Shown: positions 46,011 through 55,241, numbered from the stretch's first letter. The stretch: DNA of 64,000 bases from Candidatus Sigynarchaeum calidifontis (GCA_030587475.2 JAUQYZ020000078.1:22113-86112); one strand, 5' to 3'. The notes: generated by a model not told the origin, from the letters alone. Made by a program: numbers and translations.

Positions 46011-48412
46011 CCTCCATCGAGGGCTGGCTGCTCGACGTGGGCACGTGCAGCGGGGGCATCACGTGCTGGGTGACGGAGCGCGACACCTGGGCGGTGCACG
46101 AGATCACGGCCCCTTACAAGCCCGCGCTTTACCTGCTACCCCGGCGCGGTTGCACGGCCCGGGCCCCCGCCGACATCGCACGGGACCTCGAGTCGCTCGA
46201 CCTGGTCGCGGATGCCCGCGTGGTGCAGCGACGCGTGCACGTCGACGACGCGGACACCACGCCCGTCGTGCAAGCCCGGGCGCGCGACCCGCAGTCCTTC
46301 AAGAAGCTGGTCGACGTGCTATCCGCGCCGGGTGACTTCGAGCTGTACAACGCCGACATCCCCGCTTTCCAGGAGTTCCTCTACGAGACGCACCTCTTCC
46401 CGCTCTGCCACGCGACGTTCGATGCCACGCGGCGCGGGGACGGGCAGCTCGTGCTCGGCGGGTTCGAGCTGCGCGACGACAAGCGCCGCCTCCTGTACTC
46501 CTTGCCCTTGATGAAGGCGGCGTGGGTCGACGTCGTCCCGCAGGCCGGCAGCACGGTCGAAGCCGGCCGCGTCGACAACCCGATCAAGCGGGTGGCGATC
46601 ACGCCATACGACGAGCACTACGGGCGGAGGAACCACGCGGGGCCGCCTTTCAAGGCGTTCGAGCTGGCCCGCGGGCCAGGCGTGGACGAAGCAAGCCTCA
46701 TCACAGCTTTGGTCGAGCAAGTGCGCGCCGTGGATCCCGACATCATCCTTACCCGCGGTGGCGACGAGCGCGTGTTTCCTTACCTGTGTTCCCGCGCGTC
46801 AGCGCTCGGCATCGGCCGGTCTGTCGTGCTCTCGCGCCGTTGGCGGCCGCTCGCGTCCGAATGCTTCAGGTCAGGCGGCGATGTCGACGGCGCGTTCTTC
46901 TCGTACGGGCACGTGATCCACCGGGGCCCGACCCAGTACTACTTGTCCGGGCGGCTACACGTCGACGCGTCGGTCTACGGGTCGCTGCACTTCCAGGACG
47001 GCAACATCCCTGGCCTCATCGAGGTGGCGCGGGTGAGCTCGGTACCCGTCCAGCGTCTCAACCGGATCACGATCGGCGGCGCCTTGCAGTCCATCCAGTT
47101 CCAGATAGCTCACGACCGTGGCCTCCTCATCCCGCGGGAGAAGCGTCACGGCGCCGAGACCTTCAAGCCAGTGACATCGCTGCTGCTCGCCGACCGGGGC
47201 GGCCACATCTTCGAACCACGCACGGGCGTGTTCGACCGCGTGATCTCGCTGGACTTCACGAGCATGTACCCCATGATCATGTCGCGGTTCAACGTGAGCC
47301 CCGAAACCGTGAACTGCACGTGCTGCGACCCGTCCGAGAATCCGATCCCCGGCCTCGGCCCCGGCTTCCACGTGTGCAAGAAGCAGCGCGGGCTCATCCC
47401 GGAGGCGATCTCGCTCCCCTTGAACAAGCGCATCGAGTACAAGCGCATGGCTCGCGGGTTGCCCGAGCGGTACGGGCTGAAGATGGAGCACATGCAAGCA
47501 GCGCTCAAGTGGATCCTGGTCGTGAGCTTCGGGTACCTGGGCTTCAAGAACGCCCGGTTCGGGCGCGTCGAGGCGCACCAGGCCGTGTGCGCGTACTCCC
47601 GGGAGATGCTGCTCCGGGCGGCCCGCGTCGTGCGGGAGCAAGGGCTCGAGGTGATCCACGGCATCGTCGACTCGCTGTGGGTGCGGCGGCCGCGCGACCG
47701 CGACGGCGAGGACCTGGGGGCGACGGCACGCTTGCTGTGCGACGAGATCGAGCGCGCCACGAACCTTGACATCGAATCGGATGGCGTGTTCAAGTTCATC
47801 GTGTTCCTGCCATCGGTCGTCAATCCCGCGATCGGCACGCTCAACCATTACTGGGGCGTGTTTTCGGATGGCCGGGTAAAGGCGCGCGGCATCGAGCTGC
47901 GCCGGCGCGACGCGCCGCAAGTCGTGAAGGATATGCAGAAGGGCGTGATCGAGGCCCTGGCCCCGGCCCGCGATGCCCGCGAGTTCATGGCCCGCATGCC
48001 GCGAGCGCGGGCCGTGCTGGATTCCTACACGCGCAAGGTCGTGGCGGGCGACGTGGATCCCGCCCGGCTGGCCATCACGACCGTCGCGTCGCGGGCGCCG
48101 GGCGAGTACAAGTCGAGCAGTTACCAGGCCGTCGCGGCCCGCCAGCTGCAGAAGGCAGGCGTGGCCGTGGGGCCGGGGCTGGAGCTGAAGTACGTGATCA
48201 CGAACGCCTCGAGCAGCCGCCCGAACGACCGGGTCATGGCCTGGGCACTGTTCGCCGGCAAGGCATGCAACGCGCGCCCCGACGCGGCGAAGTACGTGGA
48301 GCTGCTCGAGCGCGGGTTCCGGAACATGTTCCCGTTCGACGCGCTCGGTGACCGCGCGAGGTCCAAGAAGGGCACGGCGCAACCTGGGCTCGACGCGTGG
48401 ATATCACGATGA
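46007..48412 (+). CDS. polB2: Family B DNA polymerase, PolB2 (Dpo2) group
   Basis: DRGG, LDFTSMYP, NVSPET, ALKWILVVSFGYLG, HGIVDS in place of YGDTDS, RGIELRRRD; proofreading motifs eroded. Confidence 0.92.
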   Translation: MTSIEGWLLDVGTCSGGITCWVTERDTWAVHEITAPYKPALYLLPRRGCTARAPADIARDLESLDLVADARVVQRRVHVDDADTTPVVQARARDPQSFKKLVDVLSAPGDFELYNADIPAFQEFLYETHLFPLCHATFDATRRGDGQLVLGGFELRDDKRRLLYSLPLMKAAWVDVVPQAGSTVEAGRVDNPIKRVAITPYDEHYGRRNHAGPPFKAFELARGPGVDEASLITALVEQVRAVDPDIILTRGGDERVFPYLCSRASALGIGRSVVLSRRWRPLASECFRSGGDVDGAFFSYGHVIHRGPTQYYLSGRLHVDASVYGSLHFQDGNIPGLIEVARVSSVPVQRLNRITIGGALQSIQFQIAHDRGLLIPREKRHGAETFKPVTSLLLADRGGHIFEPRTGVFDRVISLDFTSMYPMIMSRFNVSPETVNCTCCDPSENPIPGLGPGFHVCKKQRGLIPEAISLPLNKRIEYKRMARGLPERYGLKMEHMQAALKWILVVSFGYLGFKNARFGRVEAHQAVCAYSREMLLRAARVVREQGLEVIHGIVDSLWVRRPRDRDGEDLGATARLLCDEIERATNLDIESDGVFKFIVFLPSVVNPAIGTLNHYWGVFSDGRVKARGIELRRRDAPQVVKDMQKGVIEALAPARDAREFMARMPRARAVLDSYTRKVVAGDVDPARLAITTVASRAPGEYKSSSYQAVAARQLQKAGVAVGPGLELKYVITNASSSRPNDRVMAWALFAGKACNARPDAAKYVELLERGFRNMFPFDALGDRARSKKGTAQPGLDAWISR

Positions 48413-48442
48413 AAAATAAGGGAAAAAATTCCACGCTCGAAT

Positions 48443-48829
48443 TCACGCGACCTTCAAGTCTTGCTCGGATTTCCACAGGCCGTGGATGTTACAATAGCTC
48501 GTGGCAATGATCTTGCCTGGCTTCTCGGTTTTAAGTGCCACGATGGCTTGTGGCTCCGTGTAGACGCCGCCCTTGTCTGGCCCTTCAGTCGATTCGCCGT
48601 GGGCTGAGAACTCGCTACCGCCGAGATCGACCGGGAACTTGGCCCCCTCGGGCCAGAAGATGACCTTGATCCACCGGATGTGGTGCTCGGTCTTGTTCGG
48701 GTGCGGGATTTCCTTTCCCACGGTTACTTTAATCGTGACCAAATCCCCTTTTTTCACGCTTGCAGGTGCTTCGATGACGGGCACGTGTTTTTCTGCCTTG
48801 AAATCTGCAGTCTTGTACAGTTCGCTCAT
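48443..48829 (-). CDS. sor: Superoxide reductase (neelaredoxin, 1Fe-SOR)
   Basis: EKHVP, HPNKTEHHIRWI, CNIHGLW. Confidence 0.95.
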   Translation of the reverse strand: MSELYKTADFKAEKHVPVIEAPASVKKGDLVTIKVTVGKEIPHPNKTEHHIRWIKVIFWPEGAKFPVDLGGSEFSAHGESTEGPDKGGVYTEPQAIVALKTEKPGKIIATSYCNIHGLWKSEQDLKVA

Positions 48830-49055
48830 GTTCTTTCCTCTCGCTGTGACATTGTTGATTTCCAGGAACATCCGTCCTTTCATGAACCGTTCCTGGAACC
48901 GAGCATAACGAAGCTCGACCAGAAAAATAAGGATTATGGTTCTGGAATAACGGCGCGGGCACGCATGACGTTTTTTGTAACAATCACGATAGGTTTAAAG
49001 CAAGGAGCGGCACTCTCACCGAACAAGGTCTCAACAAATCATCATCGTGAAACCC

Positions 49056-49214
49056 ATGGCTTCATACACATGCACCGTATGCGGATACATTTACGACGAG
49101 AGCAAAGGCGACCCCGACAATGGGGTCAAGCCTGGAACAGCGTGGAAGGATGTGCCGAACAGTTGGGTGTGTCCTATCTGTGGGGCGACGAAGGACCAGT
49201 TCGAGAAGCAGTAA
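49056..49214 (+). CDS. rub: Rubredoxin (52 aa; absent from the ORF track)
   Basis: Manual translation: [52 protein letters not shown]. Confidence 0.96.
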   Translation: MASYTCTVCGYIYDESKGDPDNGVKPGTAWKDVPNSWVCPICGATKDQFEKQ

Positions 49215-49419
49215 TAATAGAACCAACACATAACAGCAATTCATTTTTTTTGTTTCATCTATGGCACTTGGCTTGAAGGGGCGTGGTGATAAACATTGAA
49301 CACTTGCATGTACAACAATAGGAGCGTGTATCTCGGCGAGCACCTATCAATGCACGGAAATGATTTTTAATGCCCGCGTGAGAATACCGTACCTAGCACG
49401 ACGAACCGTGAGTGACGCC

Positions 49420-49584
49420 ATGTTCTTCCAATGCGAGAAGTGTCTGAAGGTATTCGAGCTCAACGACGAGCACCCGGAGATACCCGATGCTTGTCCCAAC
49501 TGCAGTGCCAAGTGCACGTTCACCGATGTCACGGACTACACGAAGACGCCGAACGCGATCGACATGAATCTCGTGAGAAAATAG
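49420..49584 (+). CDS. Small rubredoxin-like/zinc-ribbon protein
   Basis: FQCEKC...PDACPNCSAKCTFTDVTDY; two CxxC pairs, inside the oxidative-stress cluster. Confidence 0.7.
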   Translation: MFFQCEKCLKVFELNDEHPEIPDACPNCSAKCTFTDVTDYTKTPNAIDMNLVRK

Positions 49585-49801
49585 CACGATTTTTTCTCTC
49601 CTCCCAGACCCGCCACGTCATGCGATCGATCGCCATACCGAATGCTGACTCCAGGTGCCTTCTCTAATTTTGATCATGACGTAGACGTGGTATCTAGTTT
49701 ACAAGCCATGTCCCTTGTGCGGAAATCAAGCAGCAGTCGGTTCTGCACAAGGCTTCCTCTCTGATATTTGTCGATAACCGTTCCAATCACAATTTCTTTA
49801 G

Positions 49802-49830
49802 TTTTTTTATCCTGGTAATGGTATAAAAAA
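49802..49830. terminator. Candidate bidirectional T-tract terminator between convergent genes
   Basis: TTTTTTTAT...ATAAAAAA gives a T-run on each strand just beyond the acyl-CoA dehydrogenase stop. Confidence 0.4.
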
Positions 49831-49849
49831 GAGAATTAGTACCAATCAA

Positions 49850-51199
49850 TCAAGCCTTTGGCCAGACTTTCTTGAACGCGGTTTTTGGGAACCGGCAGTA
49901 TGGACACTCGTCCGGTGGTTCGTTCCCGTAGAAGATCGCCCCGCAGATGCGGCACCGCCAGACCGTCTGGGTAGTATCGAGCCCCTCCACGGCTGCCACG
50001 TCGGGCTCCTTCGAGCTCCATAGCGTCGGCAGGTCCTCCAGCGGTGGCATGACAGGCTTGTATCCTTCGAGCGCGTGTCGCGACACGACGATGCGCTGCA
50101 CCTCGGACGTGCCCTCGTAGATAGTGAGCACACGCAAATCTCGCAACAATTTCTCTATCGGGAAGAATTTCGTGTACCCGTAGCCTGCGAATAGCTGCAA
50201 AGCTTGATTGACGACCTCGAACGCTGCCTCCGTTGCGTAGAACTTGGTCAGCGATGCCGTGATCGTCGGGTCCTTCCCCGTGTCCGCCTCCCACGCGGCC
50301 TTGTACGTGAGCAGCCGCGCCGTCTCGACCTTCTGGTACATCTCGGCGATGCGGAACTGGGTGTTCTGGAAATCGGACAATGGCTGCCCGAACGCCCGTC
50401 GCTTCTTCACGTAATCGATGGCGAATTCCATCGCCGAGCGGGCCGCGCCCACGGCGAAGCTGCCGATGATCGGGCGCGTGCGGCTGAAGGTCTTCATGCC
50501 CAGCGCGAAGCCTTTCCCGGGCCCAGCTAGCACGTTCGCGGCCGGCACCCGGCAATCCTTGAACTTGATGGCCGTGGTGTTCGACGGGCGCTGCCCCATT
50601 TTCGGAATATGCTCGCCGACCGTGATGCCTGGCGACTTCATGTCGACGAACAGCGCGACGATGCCCTTGTGCTTGAGGGCGGGATCCTCGGTCGCGAACA
50701 CCGAGCAGTAATCCGCGTACCCGGCGTTCGTGATCCAGTACTTGGTGCCGTTGAGGATGTAGTCATCGCCGTCTTTCTTGGCGAGGCATCGGATGCCCGC
50801 GACGTCCGACCCCATCATCGGCTCTGACGTGGCGAAGCTCACGATCTTGGGCTCCTTGACGAGCTCGGGCAGGTATTTCTGCTTTGCTGCCTCGTTGTCG
50901 CTCATCATGAGCGGCTCCTCGCCCAGCGTGTTGCCGAAGATCGACGTGCCCATTGCGGGATCTGCGGCGGCGATCTCCTCGACCACGATTGCCTCGTCCA
51001 TGAGGCCCAGCCCCTGCCCGCCGTATTTCTTGGGGATGCTCAAGTTGGTCAGGCCGGCGGCGTGTGCTTTCTTGATCAAGAACACGGGCATCTGGTCGTG
51101 CTCGTCGAAATAGCGCGAGACGGGCAAGATCTCCTTCAATGCGAAATCCCGTGCCTTCTGCTGTAGTTTTTTCTGCTCCTCGGTTATTTCAAAGTCCAT
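49850..51199 (-). CDS. Acyl-CoA dehydrogenase with C-terminal rubredoxin-like domain
   Basis: SEPMMGSD, LNGTKYWITNA, KMGQR, RRAFGQPL, IYEGTSEVQR; tail WRCRICG...PPDECPYC...F. Confidence 0.93.
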   Translation of the reverse strand: MDFEITEEQKKLQQKARDFALKEILPVSRYFDEHDQMPVFLIKKAHAAGLTNLSIPKKYGGQGLGLMDEAIVVEEIAAADPAMGTSIFGNTLGEEPLMMSDNEAAKQKYLPELVKEPKIVSFATSEPMMGSDVAGIRCLAKKDGDDYILNGTKYWITNAGYADYCSVFATEDPALKHKGIVALFVDMKSPGITVGEHIPKMGQRPSNTTAIKFKDCRVPAANVLAGPGKGFALGMKTFSRTRPIIGSFAVGAARSAMEFAIDYVKKRRAFGQPLSDFQNTQFRIAEMYQKVETARLLTYKAAWEADTGKDPTITASLTKFYATEAAFEVVNQALQLFAGYGYTKFFPIEKLLRDLRVLTIYEGTSEVQRIVVSRHALEGYKPVMPPLEDLPTLWSSKEPDVAAVEGLDTTQTVWRCRICGAIFYGNEPPDECPYCRFPKTAFKKVWPKA

Positions 51200-51220
51200 G
51201 TCCCTTCACCCTTCAAGTTT

Positions 51221-52459
51221 TTATGGTTTTTTTTTCTTGGCCGGTATTGCCTTGACTTGCTTGGCGAGTTCTTGGCCGAGTTCCTCTGCTTTCTTGAGAT
51301 CGGCGGGTTTCGGGGCGCCCTGGTACTCGAGCGGCCCGATGATATCCCAGAACATCTTTTCCGTCTTCTCTGCGAAGTGTTTTTGCGCCCCGCCAACCCA
51401 ACCGTAAGAGCCGATCCGCAACACCTTCTTGTGCCAGAAATGCTTGAGCTTCATGAGATCGAGGATATAGGCCATTGGTGGAAATATGCTGTACTCGTAC
51501 GTGGGCATGGCGATGACGAGCCCTGCGGATTGCCAAGCGGACGCGAGTACCCACGACGCGTCGGTCTCTGGAACCTTGTGAATCGTGACGTTCACGCCTT
51601 CCTTGGCGATACCGCGAAGCACGGCACGCATGATCGTTTCCGTGTTGCCGTACATGCTCCCCCAGATGACCGTGATTTCCGGCTCTGCATAATCACTCAT
51701 GTATCCCGCGTATCGCATGTAATCATCGATTATTTTCTTTGGATCCTTGCGCCAGATGAGGCCATGCGATGGCGCGATGATCTTGATGTCGAGGCCACCG
51801 AGCTTCTTGATCGCGTTGACGACGGATTGGGAAAACGTCGCGACGATGTTTGCATAGTATCGCAGCGTTTCAGCCTCGAAAAACGCCCGGTCTTGATCGC
51901 TGATCGTGTCGTCGAAAATACAGCCCTTGAGGGCTCCGAACGAGCCGAACGCGTCGCACGGGAACAGTACCTTGGTGGATTTCTCGTACGTGACCATGGT
52001 CTCGGGCCAGTGCACGTTGGGCGCGTAGAAGAACTGCAAGACCTTGCCGCCCCCCAGGTCGAGCTCCTCGCCATCCTTGACCGCCCGCACCTTCTCTTTC
52101 AAGCCGTAAAAGGCGTCGACGAGCGGCACGCCCTTTTCCGACGTGAGTATCTCCGCTGAGGGGCAGAGTTCCCTGATGTGCGCCACGAAGCCCGTGTGGT
52201 CTGGCTCGAGGTGGTTCAAGATGATGTAGCTGATGTCCTTCATCGCGACGTCGATCGATGCGAGCTGGTCGATGATGTTCTCTGACGAGCCGCCACCACC
52301 CGCTTTCACGAGGTCGATGAGGGCAACCTTGTTTCCCTTGATGATGTAGGAGTTGATGGAAACGCCATTTGGAATGGGCCAAATACCTTCGAACAAGTCA
52401 TTCGTGTACACGTTGACGCCCGTCCAATAGATGCCGTCCACGATTTTCTCGGAAGTCAT
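51221..52459 (-). CDS. fprA: Flavodiiron protein (class A, O2/NO reductase)
   Basis: NSYII, HLEPDH, HWPE, CDAFG, YYANI, PSHG, SMYGNT, GSYGW. Confidence 0.95.
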   Translation of the reverse strand: MTSEKIVDGIYWTGVNVYTNDLFEGIWPIPNGVSINSYIIKGNKVALIDLVKAGGGGSSENIIDQLASIDVAMKDISYIILNHLEPDHTGFVAHIRELCPSAEILTSEKGVPLVDAFYGLKEKVRAVKDGEELDLGGGKVLQFFYAPNVHWPETMVTYEKSTKVLFPCDAFGSFGALKGCIFDDTISDQDRAFFEAETLRYYANIVATFSQSVVNAIKKLGGLDIKIIAPSHGLIWRKDPKKIIDDYMRYAGYMSDYAEPEITVIWGSMYGNTETIMRAVLRGIAKEGVNVTIHKVPETDASWVLASAWQSAGLVIAMPTYEYSIFPPMAYILDLMKLKHFWHKKVLRIGSYGWVGGAQKHFAEKTEKMFWDIIGPLEYQGAPKPADLKKAEELGQELAKQVKAIPAKKKKP

Positions 52460-52566
52460 GTTATTTCATCTCGTAATTTTGCACGACTTGGCTAACAAGC
52501 GCTCACGAGTTTTAAAATGTCTTTTCTTATGGATGATAGAATCGGGTGTGCCCCTTCTTGCCGGCC

Positions 52567-53181
52567 TCACGGCTTGTCCTTGCCCCTCTTCCTCGCTTTG
52601 TCGAGCTCGTTCTTGACCGCTCCGAGTTTTTGACACTCGCGGCAATACTTTTCGTAATATAAACGGACGGCAGCTTGTAGATCTTGCCCTTTTCCGAACG
52701 TGATGGACTTCACGGTTCCCTCGCAGCAGAACTTCTGGGTTCCTTCCTTGGAATCCTTCTCGTGCGTGAAACCGGGGCAGCACGTGAGTAGGATGTTGAC
52801 CTCTATCTCGCTGCTGGTTTCCATCAAGTATTCTATGTCCGGCATCGCGTAGAGTTCCATGCCCAGGTCGTTGAGCCGCTTGACCATCTTCTCGGCGAGG
52901 TTATGCACGGTGTCCCGCTCGTCGAACTTGGACAGTTCTTCCCCCTTGTTGCGTAGCACGGACATTTTTTCCGTGATGCGCGGGTTGACCACGTCCTTGA
53001 ACGCGTCGTCGAACCGGTCCAGGAACATCCGGTAGAAGGCACCAACTGAAATCCTCGTCTGCTTCCATTCATGCTCCTCGTGCATCCGTTCGTAGTGTTT
53101 CACGAGGTCGTGGAATTTCTCCAGGAACTTCTGTTTCTGTACCCTTGCAGACATGCTATTTGCATTAAATGCCATAGACAT
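52567..53181 (-). CDS. Hypothetical protein with Cys-rich C-terminal region
   Basis: Helical N-terminus; TCCPG, FCCEG and YCRECQ; fills the gap upstream of fprA with host-like codon style. Confidence 0.6.
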   Translation of the reverse strand: MSMAFNANSMSARVQKQKFLEKFHDLVKHYERMHEEHEWKQTRISVGAFYRMFLDRFDDAFKDVVNPRITEKMSVLRNKGEELSKFDERDTVHNLAEKMVKRLNDLGMELYAMPDIEYLMETSSEIEVNILLTCCPGFTHEKDSKEGTQKFCCEGTVKSITFGKGQDLQAAVRLYYEKYCRECQKLGAVKNELDKARKRGKDKP

Positions 53182-53211
53182 AAAACCCCCTCTAACAACT
53201 GGTTATCAAGC

Positions 53212-53979
53212 ATGGACGGCAAGATCGTGCTTGTCACGGCCGTGTCGGGCGGCATTGGCCATGCCATCTTCAAGGAAATGGCGGCTTCCGCGCGTGGTGT
53301 CGTGTCCTCGAGCAGGCACGAGAAGGAAACATTCTGGAAGGATGGCGACTGGCCGAGGAACGCCACGCACGTGACCGGTGACATGACCCGGGAGACCGAT
53401 GTCGAGAACTTGTTCAATCAAGCCCTGGCACTGCACGGGCGGGTCGACGTGGCCATCAATTGCGTGGGTGGCAGCATGTTCGGGCACAAGATCGAGGATT
53501 TTCCCGCCGACGAGTTCGACCAGGTACTGGCGACGAATTTGCGATCCGCGTTCTTGTTCACCAAGCACGCCATCAAGGCGATGAAGCGAAACGGCACGGG
53601 GGGCGGTAACATCGTCCACGTCGTCAGTATCTCGGCAAAAAAAATCGCGATCAACAAGGCTCCATACGGCATTGCCAAGGCCGGCCTTGCGAAGCTCATT
53701 CACTACGCCGCTTGCGAGGCGGCCGAATATAACATCCTCGTTAACGGCATCTCGCCGGGCTATGTCTTTACCACGCGTCACGAGCAAGAAATCGACGAGA
53801 AGGCTGCAAGGACGGGTAAACCACGGGAACGCATCGCTAACGGGCTCATCTCCGGGCAGTTACTCAAGCGACACCTCGTGCCTGCCGACCTGCTCGATGC
53901 CGTGCGGTTGCTGTCGACCACCCGGGTGATGACGGGGCAGGTCATCAACGTCGATTGTGGCGAGGTCCTATCATATTGA
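53212..53979 (+). CDS. Short-chain dehydrogenase/reductase (SDR)
   Basis: VLVTAVSGGIG, GDMT, INCVG, VVS, YGIAK (YxxxK), VNGISPG, MTGQVINVDCG. Confidence 0.9.
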   Translation: MDGKIVLVTAVSGGIGHAIFKEMAASARGVVSSSRHEKETFWKDGDWPRNATHVTGDMTRETDVENLFNQALALHGRVDVAINCVGGSMFGHKIEDFPADEFDQVLATNLRSAFLFTKHAIKAMKRNGTGGGNIVHVVSISAKKIAINKAPYGIAKAGLAKLIHYAACEAAEYNILVNGISPGYVFTTRHEQEIDEKAARTGKPRERIANGLISGQLLKRHLVPADLLDAVRLLSTTRVMTGQVINVDCGEVLSY

Positions 53980-53990
53980 GTGAAACAAAA

Positions 53991-54353
53991 ATGCACGGAA
54001 AAATCGCATTCTGTATCCTTTCGGGGCCATATACTTTCCAAGCAACCAACACGTTGGTCGGGTTGGCCAATGCAGCGCTCGCCAAAGGCCACGAGATCAC
54101 GGGCATATTTTTCTTCGTCGACGGGGTATACAACGTGAACAAGCGAATCAAGGTCGAAGCAGGGTCGCTCGATCTCCCGGCGGAGCTCAAGCAGCTGGCA
54201 GACAAGGGCGTGAAAATGGCGGCTTGCTCGGCTTGCGCGGAGTACCGCGGCATTAGCGAGGGCGACCTGGTTCCAGGTGCCGAGCTCGCCGGCCTGGCGA
54301 CGTTCGGTGAGTACTTCGAGGCGGCCGACAAGGTCGTCGTTCTCGGAATGTAG
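53991..54353 (+). CDS. dsrE: DsrE/TusD-like sulfurtransferase subunit
   Basis: GPY, GHEITGIFFFVDGVYN, CSACAEYRGI, AGL...ADKVV. Confidence 0.85.
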   Translation: MHGKIAFCILSGPYTFQATNTLVGLANAALAKGHEITGIFFFVDGVYNVNKRIKVEAGSLDLPAELKQLADKGVKMAACSACAEYRGISEGDLVPGAELAGLATFGEYFEAADKVVVLGM

Positions 54354-54361
54354 ATATACGG

Positions 54362-54730
54362 GTGAAAGCCATGGACGAAGCTCTCATCATCCTCACGCGG
54401 CCGCCGTTCGGGCAAGTGCACGCGGTGGAGAGCATCCGCATGACTTCTGGCCTGAAGGCACTTGACATCGATGCCAAGCTCGTGATGCTTGGCGAGGCCA
54501 CATTCACCTTGCTAAAAAATCAAGATGGTAGCGGGATCCACATGCCGCCGATGAACGCGGCACTCGATGTACTCGCCATGAGCGAGGCACCCATCGCCAT
54601 CGTCCAGGAAGATATGGACATCCTCGGCATCAAGAAGGAGGATCTCGTCGACTACCCGTACCTCGAAATTATCGACCGCGACGAGTTCGAGACTCGTATC
54701 GCAAGTGCCAAGTGTGCCTTCCGGTTCTGA
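54362..54730 (+). CDS. dsrF: DsrF/TusC-like subunit
   Basis: LTRPPFG...ESIRM, GEATFTLLKNQ, EDMDILGI; lies between dsrE-like and dsrH-like genes. Confidence 0.8.
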   Translation: MKAMDEALIILTRPPFGQVHAVESIRMTSGLKALDIDAKLVMLGEATFTLLKNQDGSGIHMPPMNAALDVLAMSEAPIAIVQEDMDILGIKKEDLVDYPYLEIIDRDEFETRIASAKCAFRF

Positions 54731-54741
54731 TGGTGACCGCA

Positions 54742-55071
54742 ATGAAGACGAACCTTTACCTTGTTGGCCGGAGCCCGGCGAACGACACGTTCACGCGATT
54801 GCTCCTCGACGCGATCGTGCTCCGGGCAAGGAACGGCGAGAAAAATGTCCACGTGCACCTGTTACAAGATGGCGTCCTCGTTGCGAAGAAGGGTTACACG
54901 TGGGAATCGCGTGTCATACAATTACTCGACAACGGCGTTCTCGTGACCGTGCAGATGGAAGATGTACAAGCCAGGGGAAATTTCGAGACCACGAACGGCG
55001 TCAAGAAGGTGCCATACGGCGACGTGATCGACGCGATCTTTGATTCTGAGCGCGTATGCTCGGATATATAG
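54742..55071 (+). CDS. dsrH: DsrH/TusB-like subunit
   Basis: RSP, LLQDGVL, EDVQARG, YGDVIDAI. Start 54730 or 54742. Confidence 0.8.
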   Translation: MKTNLYLVGRSPANDTFTRLLLDAIVLRARNGEKNVHVHLLQDGVLVAKKGYTWESRVIQLLDNGVLVTVQMEDVQARGNFETTNGVKKVPYGDVIDAIFDSERVCSDI

Positions 55072-55241
55072 AGTAAACACGTCTTTAATCTGTCAATTAG
55101 TTTTTCAAACCGTGAAAAAGTCACAATTTCTTATACTTACTAAATTTTATTATAAGAAACTGCCATTTCTTGAAGTATAGTATAGAACGCCCGCGCGATT
55201 TCAAGGACACGCGGCCATTCTAGACGGAGCACGAGCGAAAC

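Noticed and set aside
46522-48382. Long alternative-frame and antisense ORFs over polB2 (415, 475 and 232 aa)
   Set aside because: Arg/Ala/Pro-rich shadows expected in very GC-rich coding DNA; no motifs. The same applies to most short overlapping ORFs in the track.
46007-48412. Casposon, pipolin or viral polymerase, or an intein-containing PolB
   Set aside because: No Cas1, integrase, terminal repeats or intein motifs; HGIVDS and the two upstream partners identify cellular PolB2.
49685-49780. Tiny CPLCG-containing reading frame in the intergenic gap
   Set aside because: In-frame stop just upstream, no start codon and no second CxxC.
53991-55071. Dissimilatory sulfur oxidation (rDsr) pathway
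   Set aside because: dsrEFH-like genes alone are insufficient; no dsrAB, dsrC or dsrMKJOP in the window.
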